Counted from the first letter of the stretch, positions 29,976 through 41,089 are shown. The stretch: DNA of 64,000 nucleotides from an uncultured candidatus Porisulfidus sp. (GCA_965116025.1 OZ220480.1:193335-257334); one strand, 5' to 3'. Notes: a model not told the origin generated them from the sequence alone. Made by a program: numbers and translations.

Positions 29976-31311
29976 CACTAGTGTCCCAACGTTTCAGTTC
30001 GATTGGTCTGCAATAGATTGTTTATAATGAGTTTTTTCGCGATTTCCAGCGTTGTCGATTTCAATCTTTGGCCGGAGCCCGTGGCGGACCCTGCCCGGCG
30101 CGAGCTGTCGCGAGGGGGGTCAAGCCAATGCATTCCGGAAAACTCGTGTTCGCTCAAGTGATGGATCATCTTCCCTGGCCCAGTTTCCAGCGGCGCGTCG
30201 AGCGCCACGGCGGACATCACAAGGTCAAGTCCTTCAGTTGCGGCGATCAGTATCGCTGCATGGCTTTCGCGCAACTGACCTATCGGTCCTCCCTGCGCGA
30301 CGTCGAGGCCTGCCTGCGCGCGCAGTCGAGCAAGCTGTACCACATGGGCATCCGCGGGGGCGTGGCGAGGAACACGCTGGCGAACGCCAACGCGACCCGG
30401 GACTGGAGGATCCATGCCGATTTCGCGCGCGACCTGATTGACGAGGCGCGGCGTCTTCTTGGCGAGGAGAGCCACGGACTGGATCTGGACCGCACCGTCT
30501 ACGCGTTGGACTCGTCCACCATCGACCTGTGCCTGTCGCTGTTTCCGTGGGCGCCGTTTCGCGCGACCAAGGCGGCCGTCAAGATGCATACGCTGCTCGA
30601 CCTGCGCGGAAACATCCCGACTTTTCTGCATGTTACGGACGGAAAGGTTCACGACGTGAACATTCTGGACCTGCTGGTTCCAGAGCCCGGGGCCTTCTAC
30701 GTCATGGATCGGGCCTACCTCGATTTCTCCCGCTTGCACGCGCTGCGCCTGCATGGGGCCCACTTCGTGTTGCGCTCCAAGTCCAACATCAAACTCCGGC
30801 GCTTGTCTTCCCGCGCGGCCGACCGCGACGCGGGCGTTCTTCGCGACCAGGTGGTCCGGGCCAGCGGCGCCACCACCGCGAGCGCCTATCCCGACCGGCT
30901 TCGGCGCGTCAAGCATCGAGACCGAGAGCGGGAGAAGACCCTCGTGTTCCTGACCAACGACTTCACGCTTCCGGCGCGGACGATCGCCGAGCTGTATCGG
31001 GCGCGCTGGCGCGTGGAGCTGTTCTTCAAATGGATCAAGCGGCATCTGAGGATCCAGTCGTTCTTCGGCACGACGGAGAACGCCGTGAAGACCCAGATCT
31101 GGATCGCGATCTCGGTTTACGTGCTGGTGGCGATCCTTCGGAAGCGGTTGCGGCTGGAGACGGAGCTGCGCGCTATTCTCCAGATTTTGAGCCTCACTCT
31201 TTTTGAGAAAGTTCCTTTATATCAATTACTTGCGAAGAATGAACCCCAAATCGAACTGCCGGGGGGCCCTAAACAGTTGAATTTGCTACCATTAACGTTG
31301 GGACACTAGTG
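29976..31311 (+). mobile_element. IS4-family insertion sequence, intact (1336 bp)
   Basis: Perfect 18-bp terminal inverted repeats CACTAGTGTCCCAACGTT (29976-29993) / AACGTTGGGACACTAGTG (31294-31311). Flanked by a 9-bp direct repeat ACTCCAACT (29967-29975 and 31312-31320). Confidence 0.88.
30128..31309 (+). CDS. IS4-family DDE transposase
   Basis: MHSGKLVFAQVMDHLPWPSFQRRVERHGG... (DUF4372-like N-terminus) plus a DDE core (YALDSSTIDL, YVMDRAY, YRARWRVELFFKWIK). The ORF track start 30068 is probably upstream of the true ATG. Confidence 0.85.
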   Translation: MHSGKLVFAQVMDHLPWPSFQRRVERHGGHHKVKSFSCGDQYRCMAFAQLTYRSSLRDVEACLRAQSSKLYHMGIRGGVARNTLANANATRDWRIHADFARDLIDEARRLLGEESHGLDLDRTVYALDSSTIDLCLSLFPWAPFRATKAAVKMHTLLDLRGNIPTFLHVTDGKVHDVNILDLLVPEPGAFYVMDRAYLDFSRLHALRLHGAHFVLRSKSNIKLRRLSSRAADRDAGVLRDQVVRASGATTASAYPDRLRRVKHRDREREKTLVFLTNDFTLPARTIAELYRARWRVELFFKWIKRHLRIQSFFGTTENAVKTQIWIAISVYVLVAILRKRLRLETELRAILQILSLTLFEKVPLYQLLAKNEPQIELPGGPKQLNLLPLTLGH

Positions 31312-31473
31312 ACTCCAACTATGCCGACAGATTGCCGAACCAACCCATTCCGAGGCAGGAAACGACGACGATGGCCACCCTAATAGGCGAGCGTCTTGAG
31401 CGTTGGCTTATGCGGTGTGAGAGTCGATGTCTACCATCGGGCGATACTGAGTGATGGAATTGATAATTCGCGC

Positions 31474-33033
31474 TTATTTGACTGGCACGGGAGACGTGAA
31501 CACGAATCGAGCCAAGCCATCGCCATAGCGGACCGCGCACCGTGATGGCAAAGACTGCAACATGTTGGTGTCCACAAGGTAGCGCTCTGACTGACGCAGG
31601 CCACGAATGTTTCGCTCGCGCTCGGCGAGGACCGCGTTGGCCTCGAAATCGCGCATCTCGTCATCGATTAGGATGCTGCCGCTCATGCGGGCCAGCCATA
31701 ATGCCGTGTCTGGATCGTTGACCCGGTAGGCGAATTTCAGGCCGCAGTTCTCGGTTACTGAAGATATCACCTGTTCCGGGTCCAGATCGTCGGGAACGTT
31801 GCGCAAGTCGTTGACCGTCTGATGCGCCAGCACTAGGTGCGCCCGTTTGTCCCGGATAGAGGCGAGCGCCTCCAGTAGCGGAGCGCTGATCAGATAGCGG
31901 AGCTCATCCAGAAACATGCAGACTTGGCGGGATCTTTCGCGGGCGCGGCGCTCGCAACTCTGGATCACCGACAGCACGAACATCTTCTGAAGCTTGAGAA
32001 TACGGGAGTGGCGTGGGGAGCCGAGCACGTAGATCACCGCGCCCTCCTCAATCGCTCGCGCGACATCCAACCCCTCCTCGGCCCGAGCCGCGGGGGTCGC
32101 CGCGATCTCTTCCATATCATCAATGAACTTCGTGGCCTTGCGCGCAACGGTCTCGCTTCGGAACGTCGCCAAAAGATTCGGCAGGGACTCGCCGTCATGC
32201 AACCGCGCGAATTCTCGTGCGGCGCGACGATCATTGAGACGATAGAAATCCGCCTCGGAGCCTCGCTCTCCGAGGCCGAAGCTTGCCACCAGGAGCTCCT
32301 CAATCTCATCGGAACTCTTTCCGCGCAGGGGATTCCATCGCGCCTCCTCGCCCATGAGATCCAAGCGATAGAAGGGTTTGCCGGCCTCGCGGGCCGCACG
32401 CTCCAAGACTCGTGGAGCGTACTCGTCACGCTTAGGGTCCACCACCACGACCGCCTCGCCTTGCCGCGCGGCCTGGGTTAGCAGAATTCCTGCCAAGACA
32501 CCTTTTCCACTTCCGGTCATCCCGATAATATCGATATGGGACCGCCTCCATAGATTCTGATCCACGTGCACGGGATCGCCGTTCGGATCCAGCCCTAAAA
32601 ATAGTCGGTCATCAGACTGGCAGAACGGCAAGGGGTCATACTCGTTCCGGGCCTTCGGCAGGAAGTCTCCGATGTCGCGGATATCGGTCCGCGCGTCCCG
32701 GGCCAGTGGGCTACGTTTCATCCATCGCGCGCGCCACCGCTCGAGCGCGCCGCTTCCTCGACGCGCCATGAGGATGGCCAGCGCGGTGCCAATGAGAAAC
32801 TGTCCCATGAAGAGCGGGACATGCCAGCCCGGATGGTTTGTCCCTATCGCATGCGGCACCAGCACCAAGAGCGCCGTAAAGACGGACAAGGTCAGCATCA
32901 GCAAGCCAAGCGCCCTCGGCGCTTGTAGCAGACCAAGCGTCATGAGAATGCCGCCGGGCAACCCAAGCCAAGGCCAACTCCATCCGTAGAACATGTTTTC
33001 GGACAGGCCGCCGACGATCTCCCAAAACCCCAT
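31474..33033 (-). CDS. type IV secretion coupling protein-like ATPase (TraD/VirD4/TrwB family), orphan
   Basis: N-terminal TM helices, Walker [12 protein letters not shown], Walker B-like [11 protein letters not shown]. No other conjugation genes in the window. Confidence 0.6.
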   Translation of the reverse strand: MGFWEIVGGLSENMFYGWSWPWLGLPGGILMTLGLLQAPRALGLLMLTLSVFTALLVLVPHAIGTNHPGWHVPLFMGQFLIGTALAILMARRGSGALERWRARWMKRSPLARDARTDIRDIGDFLPKARNEYDPLPFCQSDDRLFLGLDPNGDPVHVDQNLWRRSHIDIIGMTGSGKGVLAGILLTQAARQGEAVVVVDPKRDEYAPRVLERAAREAGKPFYRLDLMGEEARWNPLRGKSSDEIEELLVASFGLGERGSEADFYRLNDRRAAREFARLHDGESLPNLLATFRSETVARKATKFIDDMEEIAATPAARAEEGLDVARAIEEGAVIYVLGSPRHSRILKLQKMFVLSVIQSCERRARERSRQVCMFLDELRYLISAPLLEALASIRDKRAHLVLAHQTVNDLRNVPDDLDPEQVISSVTENCGLKFAYRVNDPDTALWLARMSGSILIDDEMRDFEANAVLAERERNIRGLRQSERYLVDTNMLQSLPSRCAVRYGDGLARFVFTSPVPVK

Positions 33034-33057
33034 GCGAGCGTCCTATTGGGGTCGGGC

Positions 33058-33145
33058 TGGCGGAGAGGGAGGGATTCGAACCCCCGGAACCTTTCGATTC
33101 AACGGTTTTCAAGACCGCCGCATTCGACCACTCTGCCACCTCTCC
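33058..33145 (-). tRNA. tRNA-Ser (anticodon UGA)
   Basis: rc reads GGAGAGGTGGCAGAGTGGTCGAATGCGGCGGTCTTGAAAACCGTTGAATCGAAAGGTTCCGGGGGTTCGAATCCCTCCCTCTCCGCCA. It has a 7-bp acceptor stem, CUUGAAA anticodon loop, long variable arm, TTCGAAT T-loop and encoded CCA. Confidence 0.9.
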
Positions 33146-33183
33146 GCATAGCGTTCCGGTGGACCGCGTCCGCGCGAGCCAGT

Positions 33184-33993
33184 CTACACCGCGAGCACGT
33201 CCTGCATGGAATACAGGCTAGGAGGCTGACCCACCACCCAAGCGGCCGCGCGCATGGCGCCACTGGCGAAGATCTCCCGGCTTCCGGCATGGTGCGCCAG
33301 CTCCAGCCGCTCGCCGTTCCAAGCGAAAATCACCCGGTGCTCACCGACCACGTTCGCCATTCGCATGATGTGGAACTGTATCTTGTCGATTTCCCGCTCG
33401 ACACCCGTCGCCAGTGCCTGAAAAGACGCGCAATCCGGGAATCGCTGGCCAGTTCCCTTGGCCACGGCCTCGCCCAGCGCTAGCGCGGTGCCAGAGGGCG
33501 CGTCATGCTTCTCGCGATGATGCAATTCTACGATGTCCGCTTCCGCTTCGGAACCAAGCGCCTTGGATGCCGCGGTGACCAGATTCAGCATCAGGTTAAT
33601 GCCAACGCTCATGTTCGGCGCCATCACGATAGGAATTTCCCGGGCTCCTTGGGCGATAGCCTCCAGCTGCTTTTGGTCGTGCGCGGTCGTGCCGATGACC
33701 ATTCCCTTGTTTTTCTCCACGCAGAATTGAACCAGATCCACCGTGTACTCGGGGCAGGTGAAGTCAATAGCCACATCGAAGTCCGTGTGACAGTATTCCA
33801 GCGATCCAGAAATCGCCACGCCCGATTCCTTTCCTCCCGTGAACAGTCCCGCATCCCGCCCAATCACCAACTCGTCCTTGCTACGCGAGCTAGCCGCGCC
33901 GAGCGTGATGCCGGGGGTCTCCAGCGATACTCGAACCAGGATGCTTCCCATGCGGCCGGTGACCCCGGCGATTCCCACGCGAACCTTCTCCAT
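33184..33993 (-). CDS. dapB: 4-hydroxy-tetrahydrodipicolinate reductase
   Basis: [16 protein letters not shown]... NAD-binding start, [14 protein letters not shown] motif. Start trimmed to ATG 33993, just after the dnaJ stop. Confidence 0.9.
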   Translation of the reverse strand: MEKVRVGIAGVTGRMGSILVRVSLETPGITLGAASSRSKDELVIGRDAGLFTGGKESGVAISGSLEYCHTDFDVAIDFTCPEYTVDLVQFCVEKNKGMVIGTTAHDQKQLEAIAQGAREIPIVMAPNMSVGINLMLNLVTAASKALGSEAEADIVELHHREKHDAPSGTALALGEAVAKGTGQRFPDCASFQALATGVEREIDKIQFHIMRMANVVGEHRVIFAWNGERLELAHHAGSREIFASGAMRAAAWVVGQPPSLYSMQDVLAV

Positions 33994-33995
33994 CT

Positions 33996-35141
33996 CTAGT
34001 GCAGCCACGATTTCAGGTTGTCCACGAAGTGCCGCCCTCGTTTCAGCCAAGAATCGGCACGGGGGGAGTGTACCTCATTTCCGGTCAGGGAGCCCTCCAG
34101 CTCTTCCAAGAGCCTGCGTTGCTCGGGGTTCAAGTTCACGGGAGTCTCCACGACCATAGCGCAAATCATATCGCCCTTAGCTTGGTCGTGGAGCGAGCGC
34201 ACGCCCTTGCCGCGCAGGCGCAACGACATCCCGGTCTGCGTTTCCGGTGGAACTCTCAGATTGACGTGACCGTCAAGCGTCGGCACTTCGATAGTCCCTC
34301 CCAACGCGGCCGTGGCGAAACTGACCGGCACGTCGCAATGCAGATCGTCGCCCTCGCGACGAAACAGGTGGTGCGGCCGCACCGTCACGTCGACGTACAG
34401 GTCCCCCGGCGGGCCACCTCGCGCGCCGGCCTCGCCCTTGCCAGACAAACGAATCCGGTTTCCTTGGTCCACGCCCGCCGGAATCTTGACGTTCAGGGTG
34501 CGCGTTTCGCGCACGCGCCCTGAGCCATGACACTTATGGCATGGCACGCGAATGATCCGACCCCGCCCGTGGCATTTCGGGCAGGTCTGGCGCAAGGTGA
34601 AAAATCCTTGCTGGACGGTCACCTCGCCTCGGCCTTGGCAATTCGGGCAGATTTCCGGCTTAGTGCCTGGCGCGCAACCGGAGCCGTCGCAAGCAGGGCA
34701 TTGCACGGCCATGCTGACATTAATTTCGCGGGAGGTCCCGAGCGCCGCCTCTTCCAGATCCAGATCAATGCGGTAGACAAGATCCGCGCCACGCGATTCC
34801 GCGTGCCCTCGAGCGGCTCGACCGACGCCACCGAACAAGTCCCCGAACATGTCGCCAAACATGTCCTCGAACCCGGCGGCGGCCCCCGACCCCGCCGCAT
34901 TCGCGTAGCCCGCGGCCCCGACTGCATCGTGCCCAAAACGGTCGTAGAGGGAGCGTTTCTGGGAGTCGGAAAGAACGCCGTAGGCTTCCTGGACTTCCCG
35001 GAATTTCTCGTCGGCCCCGGTATCGCCCTTGTTGCGATCCGGGTGGTGCTTCATGGCCAGCCGGCGATAGGCTTTCTTTAGATCCGCCTCATTGACCTGG
35101 CGATCCACGCCCAGCACTTCATAGTAGTCACGTTTGGCCAT
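33996..35141 (-). CDS. dnaJ: molecular chaperone DnaJ
   Basis: J-domain MAKRDYYEVLGV...HPDRN, G/F region, four CxxCxGxG zinc motifs. Confidence 0.95.
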   Translation of the reverse strand: MAKRDYYEVLGVDRQVNEADLKKAYRRLAMKHHPDRNKGDTGADEKFREVQEAYGVLSDSQKRSLYDRFGHDAVGAAGYANAAGSGAAAGFEDMFGDMFGDLFGGVGRAARGHAESRGADLVYRIDLDLEEAALGTSREINVSMAVQCPACDGSGCAPGTKPEICPNCQGRGEVTVQQGFFTLRQTCPKCHGRGRIIRVPCHKCHGSGRVRETRTLNVKIPAGVDQGNRIRLSGKGEAGARGGPPGDLYVDVTVRPHHLFRREGDDLHCDVPVSFATAALGGTIEVPTLDGHVNLRVPPETQTGMSLRLRGKGVRSLHDQAKGDMICAMVVETPVNLNPEQRRLLEELEGSLTGNEVHSPRADSWLKRGRHFVDNLKSWLH

Positions 35142-35171
35142 CGGATGCTCGGCATCGAGCCACCTTCACCT

Positions 35172-37127
35172 TCAGGCGGATTTGCCGTTGCCCTTGTCTG
35201 ATCGATTCTCGGGCGAGTCGTCGACCTCGACGAAGTCGGCGTCCACCACGTCCGGGTCACGCTCGGAATCTCTCGCGGACTCTTCGTCGCCGTCCTTTTT
35301 CCGCCGAGTTTCCTGATAGGCGCGTTGCACGATATCGCCGCTGGCCTCGGTCAGCGCTTTGGTCTTGGCCTCTACGGTGGCCAGGTCGTCGCCTTTCAGC
35401 GCGTCCTTGAGATCGTTCATCGCGCTCTCCACTCGCGCGCGCTCGTCGCCCGAAACTTTGTCGCCCAAGTCCTCCATCGCCTTGCCCGTGGCATGGACGA
35501 GAGCATCCGCGGCGTTGCGCGCCTGCACCAGCTCTTGGAATTTTCGGTCCTCATCGGCGTGCTTCTCGGCATCCTTGACCATCTGCTCAATCTCGGATTC
35601 CGACAGCCCACTGGACGCTTTGATCACGATAGACTGTTCCTTCCCCGTGGCCTTGTCCTTGGCCGACACGCTGAGAATGCCATTGGCATCGATATCGAAC
35701 GACACCTCGATTTGCGGCACGCCGCGCGGCGCGGGCGGCAGGTCCGCCAGATCGAACCGGCCCAGAGACTTGTTGGCTTCCGCGCGCTCCCGTTCACCCT
35801 GCAGCACATGCACCGTAACGGCGGGTTGGTTGTCCGCCGCGGTCGAGAATACTTGGGTCTGGGTGGTCGGGATGGTAGTGTTCTTCTCGATCAGACGCGT
35901 CATCACTCCTCCCAAGGTCTCAATGCCGAGCGACAGCGGGGTCACGTCCAGCAACAAGACATCCTTGACGTCTCCGCCAAGCACGCCGCCTTGGATGGCC
36001 GCGCCGATCGCCACCGCTTCGTCTGGATTGACATCCTTGCGCGGCGCCTTGCCGAACAGGGATTCGACTGCTTCCTGAACTTTAGGCATTCGGGTCTGAC
36101 CACCAACCAGGATGACTCCAGAGATATCCCCGGCCGAAACGCCAGCGTCGCGCATCGCGACGCGGCATGGCTCCATCGTGCGCTCGATCAGGCCCTCAAC
36201 CAAGGACTCGAGCTTGGCGCGGGTGATCTTCGCGTTCAGATGCTTCGGTCCACTGGCGTCAGCCGTGATATACGGAAGATTCACTTCCGTTTGCTGCGAG
36301 CTGGATAACTCGACCTTGGCCTTCTCGGCCGCCTCCTTCAGGCGCTGGAGGGCGATCGGATCGTTGTGCAGGTCCACGCCGTGCTCTTTTTGGAAGCCTT
36401 CCGCCAAGTGGTCGATCAGGCGCAGGTCGAAGTCCTCGCCGCCTAGGAAAGTGTCGCCGTTGGTCGCCAGCACCTCAAACTGATGCTCGCCATCAACCTC
36501 GGCGATCTCAATGATCGAGATGTCGAACGTCCCGCCACCCAAGTCGTACACCGCGATCTTGGTGTCGCCATGCTTTTTGTCCATGCCATAGGCCAGCGCC
36601 GCGGCCGTGGGCTCGTTAATGATGCGCTTCACCTCAAGCCCGGCGATTCGCCCAGCGTCCTTGGTCGCTTGGCGTTGCGAATCGTTGAAGTAGGCCGGCA
36701 CGGTGATCACCGCCTCAGTCACTTTCTCGCCCAGATACTCCTCGGCCGTCTGCCTCATCTTGCCAAGCACGCGCGCAGAGACCTCTGGGGGCGCCATCTT
36801 CTTTGCGCGCGCCTCGACCCAAGCGTCGCCATTGTCCGCCTTGACGATGCCGAACGGTACCAGCTTAATATCTTTCTGCACCTCGTCTTCATCGAAACGC
36901 CGGCCAATCAGCCGCTTGACCGCGAACACGGTATGCTTCGGATTGGTGACCGCCTGGCGCTTGGCGGTCTGGCCCACCAGCACCTCGCCACCCTCATCAG
37001 GAAACGCCACAACCGACGGGGTGGTCCGATCACCCTCGCTGTTCTCAAGGACGCGCGCGCCAGAGCCCTCCATCACCGCTACGCAGGAATTGGTGGTCCC
37101 CAAGTCAATGCCAATTATTTTTCCCAT
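35172..37127 (-). CDS. dnaK: molecular chaperone DnaK (Hsp70)
   Basis: [18 protein letters not shown]..., DLGGGTFD. Start trimmed to ATG 37127 (track 37160). Confidence 0.96.
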   Translation of the reverse strand: MGKIIGIDLGTTNSCVAVMEGSGARVLENSEGDRTTPSVVAFPDEGGEVLVGQTAKRQAVTNPKHTVFAVKRLIGRRFDEDEVQKDIKLVPFGIVKADNGDAWVEARAKKMAPPEVSARVLGKMRQTAEEYLGEKVTEAVITVPAYFNDSQRQATKDAGRIAGLEVKRIINEPTAAALAYGMDKKHGDTKIAVYDLGGGTFDISIIEIAEVDGEHQFEVLATNGDTFLGGEDFDLRLIDHLAEGFQKEHGVDLHNDPIALQRLKEAAEKAKVELSSSQQTEVNLPYITADASGPKHLNAKITRAKLESLVEGLIERTMEPCRVAMRDAGVSAGDISGVILVGGQTRMPKVQEAVESLFGKAPRKDVNPDEAVAIGAAIQGGVLGGDVKDVLLLDVTPLSLGIETLGGVMTRLIEKNTTIPTTQTQVFSTAADNQPAVTVHVLQGERERAEANKSLGRFDLADLPPAPRGVPQIEVSFDIDANGILSVSAKDKATGKEQSIVIKASSGLSESEIEQMVKDAEKHADEDRKFQELVQARNAADALVHATGKAMEDLGDKVSGDERARVESAMNDLKDALKGDDLATVEAKTKALTEASGDIVQRAYQETRRKKDGDEESARDSERDPDVVDADFVEVDDSPENRSDKGNGKSA

Positions 37128-37200
37128 GAGGTCTGATTCTCCTGAAAGACTGGCCGACACCGGCCGCGTTAGTCATAAATATGGATTAATTGGGGGAAAA

Positions 37201-37854
37201 TCAAGCCAGGTCCGCGGGCCCACCCGGCGGGGCGGCATCAGCGTCCTCGGCATCTGGTTCCTGTTTCTCGGACTTTGGCTCAGCCGCTACTACGACCCGA
37301 GCTGGGCGCAACAAGCGATCATGCATTCGGTAGCCTTTCCGAAACACTTCCAGCACGCCGCCAGGAGCCAAGTCCTCGCTGGGCCGCGTCGCCACCGCCT
37401 CATGCAACTGCGGATCGAAAGGCTTTCCTTCCGGGTCGAGCGCCTCAATCGAGAATCGTTCCAGCACCCGCGCCATGTGGCGCAAGGTCAGCGCATGTCC
37501 CTCGCGAACGATTTCCGGCACGCTCTCATCCTGCGTCATCACTTCCCGCGCCTCCTCCATCACGTCCAAGATTTCTGGAAGCTCGCGCGCTAGCGGCTCG
37601 ACCCGGTAGCGCGCCGCCGCCGCTCGCTCGCGCTCATGCCGTTTCTGCAGGTTAGCGAGCTCCGCTCGCGCCCGCGCTAGCCCGTCCTGGAGCCGCCGCG
37701 TCTCCTCGCGCAGGCGCTCAATCTCCGCGTCTTCCTCGGATGGCTCTTCCAGAACGTCCTCGCCAGTGGTTTCCTTGGGCTCGGCGGCATCCGTGGGCGG
37801 AGCGTCGTTCGATGAGATGGAAGCCATGGATTGAAACGCTGGAATTCCTTTCAA
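37201..37854 (-). CDS. grpE: nucleotide exchange factor GrpE
   Basis: Coiled-coil RLQDGLARARAELANLQKR and C-terminal VLEVFRKGYRMHDRLLRPARVVV. Start uncertain. Confidence 0.9.
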   Translation of the reverse strand: MKGIPAFQSMASISSNDAPPTDAAEPKETTGEDVLEEPSEEDAEIERLREETRRLQDGLARARAELANLQKRHERERAAAARYRVEPLARELPEILDVMEEAREVMTQDESVPEIVREGHALTLRHMARVLERFSIEALDPEGKPFDPQLHEAVATRPSEDLAPGGVLEVFRKGYRMHDRLLRPARVVVAAEPKSEKQEPDAEDADAAPPGGPADLA

Positions 37855-37965
37855 TATGGGGGCTAATCGAGTGGATTCAAGCCGGGCGGGTCGTTGTGGC
37901 CCAACGCGCTCCCGTCGCAGGGATTACAATACGAACCGCCATCAAGTCATGAGGATCGTCCCCTG

Positions 37966-38829
37966 ATGCCCGAATTCCGGCGCGTCGGCGTCGTCTCCCG
38001 CCCTAGCGCGGAAACCGACGCGGAAACCCTCCGTCGGGTGGCCCGGCTGGTTCGGGAGAAAGGGCGGGAGTTGCTGGTGGACCCGACGACCGCCCGAGCT
38101 CTCGGGATGTCTGGAGGACTCGAGTTGCCCGAACTCGCCAAGCGGGCCGATCTCGGCGTGATCGTTGGCGGTGACGGCACCTTGTTGCGCGCGGTTCGCC
38201 AAATGGCGCCGCGCGGCGTTCCGGTTTGCGGCGTCAACCGGGGCCGGCTGGGCTTCTTGGCGGACATCTATCCAGAACAGGTCTCCAGCGTCTTGGGCGC
38301 CATCCTAGATGGAGAGCATATGGCCGACCTGCGCTCAATCTTGGTCGGTGAAGTATGGCGCGGAGAAGAGCGGTTGCGCGTCTCGGACGCGCTCAATGAC
38401 GTAGTGGTCCACAGCTATCGGGATCTGCATATGATTGAGCTCCAAACCTTGATTAGCGGACATCCGTTGAGCGCGCTACGCGCGGACGGCCTGATCATTT
38501 CCACGCCGACTGGCTCGACCGCTTACGCTCTGTCCGGAGGTGGGCCGATCCTGCATCCCTCGCTGGATGTGCTCGTGATGGTGCCCATTTGCCCTCACAT
38601 GCTGAGTAGCCGGCCCATCGTGGTCGATCTGGACAGCGAGATTGAGCTGGAGGTGATCGGCCGCCCAGAAAGCCGGGGAATGGTTTCTTTCGACGGTTCC
38701 GCCAACCAAGAACTGAGGATCGGCGATCGCGTGCGCATCCGCCGACAGAAATACCCGCTGACCATCGTCCAGCCGAAGGGTCATGATTATTTCGAGATCC
38801 TGCGGCGGAAACTGTCTTGGAATTTGTAG
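37966..38829 (+). CDS. nadK: NAD kinase
   Basis: GGDGTLL motif, NRGRLGFL, PTGSTAYALSGGGPI. Start trimmed to ATG 37966. Confidence 0.9.
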   Translation: MPEFRRVGVVSRPSAETDAETLRRVARLVREKGRELLVDPTTARALGMSGGLELPELAKRADLGVIVGGDGTLLRAVRQMAPRGVPVCGVNRGRLGFLADIYPEQVSSVLGAILDGEHMADLRSILVGEVWRGEERLRVSDALNDVVVHSYRDLHMIELQTLISGHPLSALRADGLIISTPTGSTAYALSGGGPILHPSLDVLVMVPICPHMLSSRPIVVDLDSEIELEVIGRPESRGMVSFDGSANQELRIGDRVRIRRQKYPLTIVQPKGHDYFEILRRKLSWNL

Positions 38830-38835
38830 CTTCCA

Positions 38836-40524
38836 ATGTTGCGCGCCCTGAGCATTCGCGGCCTGGCCGTTATCGAGAAGCTGGACTTGGAGTTTCATCC
38901 GGGGCTGAGCGTTTTCAGTGGAGAGACCGGGGCTGGAAAATCTATTCTGGTCGGCGCGCTCGGCCTCGCGCTCGGCGCCCGCGCGTCTCGAAGCCTGATT
39001 CGCCGTGACGCTGAGCGGGCCGAGGTGACCTTAGAGTGCGATCCTGCCGCGCGGCCTGAAGCCTGCGCGTGGCTTGATCGACGCGATTTCGATTTCCGCG
39101 ACGGATTATTCCTTCGGCGCGTCCTCGCCCGGAACGGCTCATCCCGCGCGTACATTAACGACACTCCGGTCTCGGCCGCCGCCTTGCGCTCAATCGGCCA
39201 ACGACTGATCGAGATTCATGGCCAGCGAGAGCACCAGCGCTTGCTACGCCGCGACCAGCAACGCGTTATCTTGGATTCGGCCTGCGGTCATGCGGAAACG
39301 CTGGACGCGCTGGCCGAGCATTATCGGCTCTGGAGCGAGGCGCGGGCGCGGCTTGACGAGATCAGCGGGGACGCTGAACAGCGCTCCCAAGCCTTATCCC
39401 TCTTGAAGTTTCAAGTCGAGGAGCTCAATGCCCTTGAGCTTGAAGACCAGACGTACGAGGATCTGGACGAACGCCAGCGCGCGCTCGCTGGAGCGGACGA
39501 GCTTCAGGCGCTCTGCCAAGAGTTGATTGATGCTCTGTACGATCATGACGAGCGGGCCGAGTACGCCCGGCTCGCGGAGCTCGCGGACCGACTGGAGCGG
39601 GCCGCGCGAATCGACCCAAAGCTGGAACCGGCCCGGGAACTGCTTCCGCAAGCGATGGCCTGCGTGGAGGAGGCGGTCGGGCTGTTGCGCGCGACGCTGG
39701 ATCGAGTGGATCTGGATCCCGAAAGCCTGGCTGAGGTCGAGCAGGGACTAGGCGCTCTCCACGACCTCGCCCGCAAGCACCAAGTCGCCCCGAGAGATCT
39801 ATGGAAGCATGCGCGAGGCCTGAGCGAGAAATTGGAGCGATGGCAGTCACCGGAGCATGATATCGTCTCATTGTCCGAAGAAGTGGACCGGCTGGAACGA
39901 GAGTATCGCGCCTTGGCCAGAATGGCGCACCAGACCCGATCCAAAACGGCGAAGCGAATCTCTGAACGGGTCACCGAAATCCTGCACCGTCTAGGTATGC
40001 CGCACAGCGAGTTTCGGATCTCGGTGAGCTATGATCACCAGCGTGCGCCCGGGCCGCATGGGCTGGACGACATAGACTATCGCCTCGCTACCGGTCCTAG
40101 ACAGGATCCCGGTCCAGTCGGCGAGATCGCCTCGGGCGGCGAGCTATCGCGCCTGTCACTCGCCGTCCAACAATCCACGACCGGCGGCGATGACCCTCCG
40201 GTCATGATTTTCGATGAGGTGGACGCGGGAATTGGGGGCGGAGCCGCGGAAATCGTCGGCCAGCTGTTAGCCCGGCTCGCCGAGCGCGCGCAGGTGTTGT
40301 GCGTCACGCATTTGCCGCAAGTGGCGATGCAGGCCCATCACCAATATCGCGTGCGCAAGCATGGAGGAACGCGCGCCGAAGTCGAATCGCTGGATCGGGA
40401 AGGCCGGGTGGAAGAACTTGCGCGCATGCTCTCGGGGGTGAGGAAAACCGATACCGCGCGCGAGCATGCCGAAACGCTGCTTCAGCGTGGCCGCGACCGC
40501 TCCTTGCTAGAATTGGAGTCATGA
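38836..40524 (+). CDS. recN: DNA repair protein RecN
   Basis: MLRALSIRGLAVIEKL...FSGETGAGKSIL Walker A, coiled-coil middle, and C-terminal SGGELSRLSLA / IFDEVDAGIGG. Confidence 0.94.
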   Translation: MLRALSIRGLAVIEKLDLEFHPGLSVFSGETGAGKSILVGALGLALGARASRSLIRRDAERAEVTLECDPAARPEACAWLDRRDFDFRDGLFLRRVLARNGSSRAYINDTPVSAAALRSIGQRLIEIHGQREHQRLLRRDQQRVILDSACGHAETLDALAEHYRLWSEARARLDEISGDAEQRSQALSLLKFQVEELNALELEDQTYEDLDERQRALAGADELQALCQELIDALYDHDERAEYARLAELADRLERAARIDPKLEPARELLPQAMACVEEAVGLLRATLDRVDLDPESLAEVEQGLGALHDLARKHQVAPRDLWKHARGLSEKLERWQSPEHDIVSLSEEVDRLEREYRALARMAHQTRSKTAKRISERVTEILHRLGMPHSEFRISVSYDHQRAPGPHGLDDIDYRLATGPRQDPGPVGEIASGGELSRLSLAVQQSTTGGDDPPVMIFDEVDAGIGGGAAEIVGQLLARLAERAQVLCVTHLPQVAMQAHHQYRVRKHGGTRAEVESLDREGRVEELARMLSGVRKTDTAREHAETLLQRGRDRSLLELES

Positions 40525-41039
40525 GAACGTTCTTGGCTCGATCCGCCCTCGCGCGCTTGGCGCTATCGTGCGGATGCGCGGCGACCGCTGGATGCGAATA
40601 CATGTTGCCGGACGGGTTCGAGTTGGGGCAGCATCGGATCGCCGTGCAGCAAGGCAACACGCTGACGGAGGAATCTATCCGGAACCTGCGCGCCGGAATG
40701 GATGCTCAGCAAGTGCTGTTCTTGCTAGGAACGCCCTTGGTCAAGGACGCGTTCCACCCGGATCGATGGGATTATCCTCTGTACGTAGAGGCGAAGGAAA
40801 GCGGCGAGAAATCCCGCCTCGACGTGGTCAGCTTGCGCTTCAAGGAGGGCAAACTCGAGGAGGTTCGCAGGCTAGTGCCGATTAACCCGGAAGTCGCGAG
40901 CGTCGAGCCTGGAGGCCAACTTGACGCGGCGGCTGAATGGTTCGAACTAGGCGACGCGTTGGTCGCGGACAAATCTCCAGAACCAGCGGCGATTGATGGC
41001 GAGGTCATCGCGGAGCCCGAGCAAACGCATCGGGACTGA
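40521..41039 (+). CDS. bamE: outer-membrane protein assembly factor BamE (SmpA/OmlA lipoprotein)
   Basis: MRTFLARSALARLALSCGC lipobox. GNTLTEESIRNLRAGMDAQQVLFLLGTPL..DAFHPDRWDY. Its ATG overlaps the recN stop (ATGA). Confidence 0.85.
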   Translation: MRTFLARSALARLALSCGCAATAGCEYMLPDGFELGQHRIAVQQGNTLTEESIRNLRAGMDAQQVLFLLGTPLVKDAFHPDRWDYPLYVEAKESGEKSRLDVVSLRFKEGKLEEVRRLVPINPEVASVEPGGQLDAAAEWFELGDALVADKSPEPAAIDGEVIAEPEQTHRD

Positions 41040-41089
41040 TAACGCCCACGGATGAGCGTCGCCCGAACGGCGTTCTCCGTTCAGACATC

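Noticed and set aside
23331-33145. Direct repeat of the tRNA-Ser 3' end marking the far boundary of an integrated element.
   Set aside because: I could not find a convincing second copy by eye, so the island call rests on gene content only. A computational search is needed.
40299-40520. Upstream extension of the bamE ORF overlapping the recN 3' end.
   Set aside because: The lipoprotein signal peptide begins at ATG 40521, which overlaps the recN stop. The extension is the recN alternative frame.
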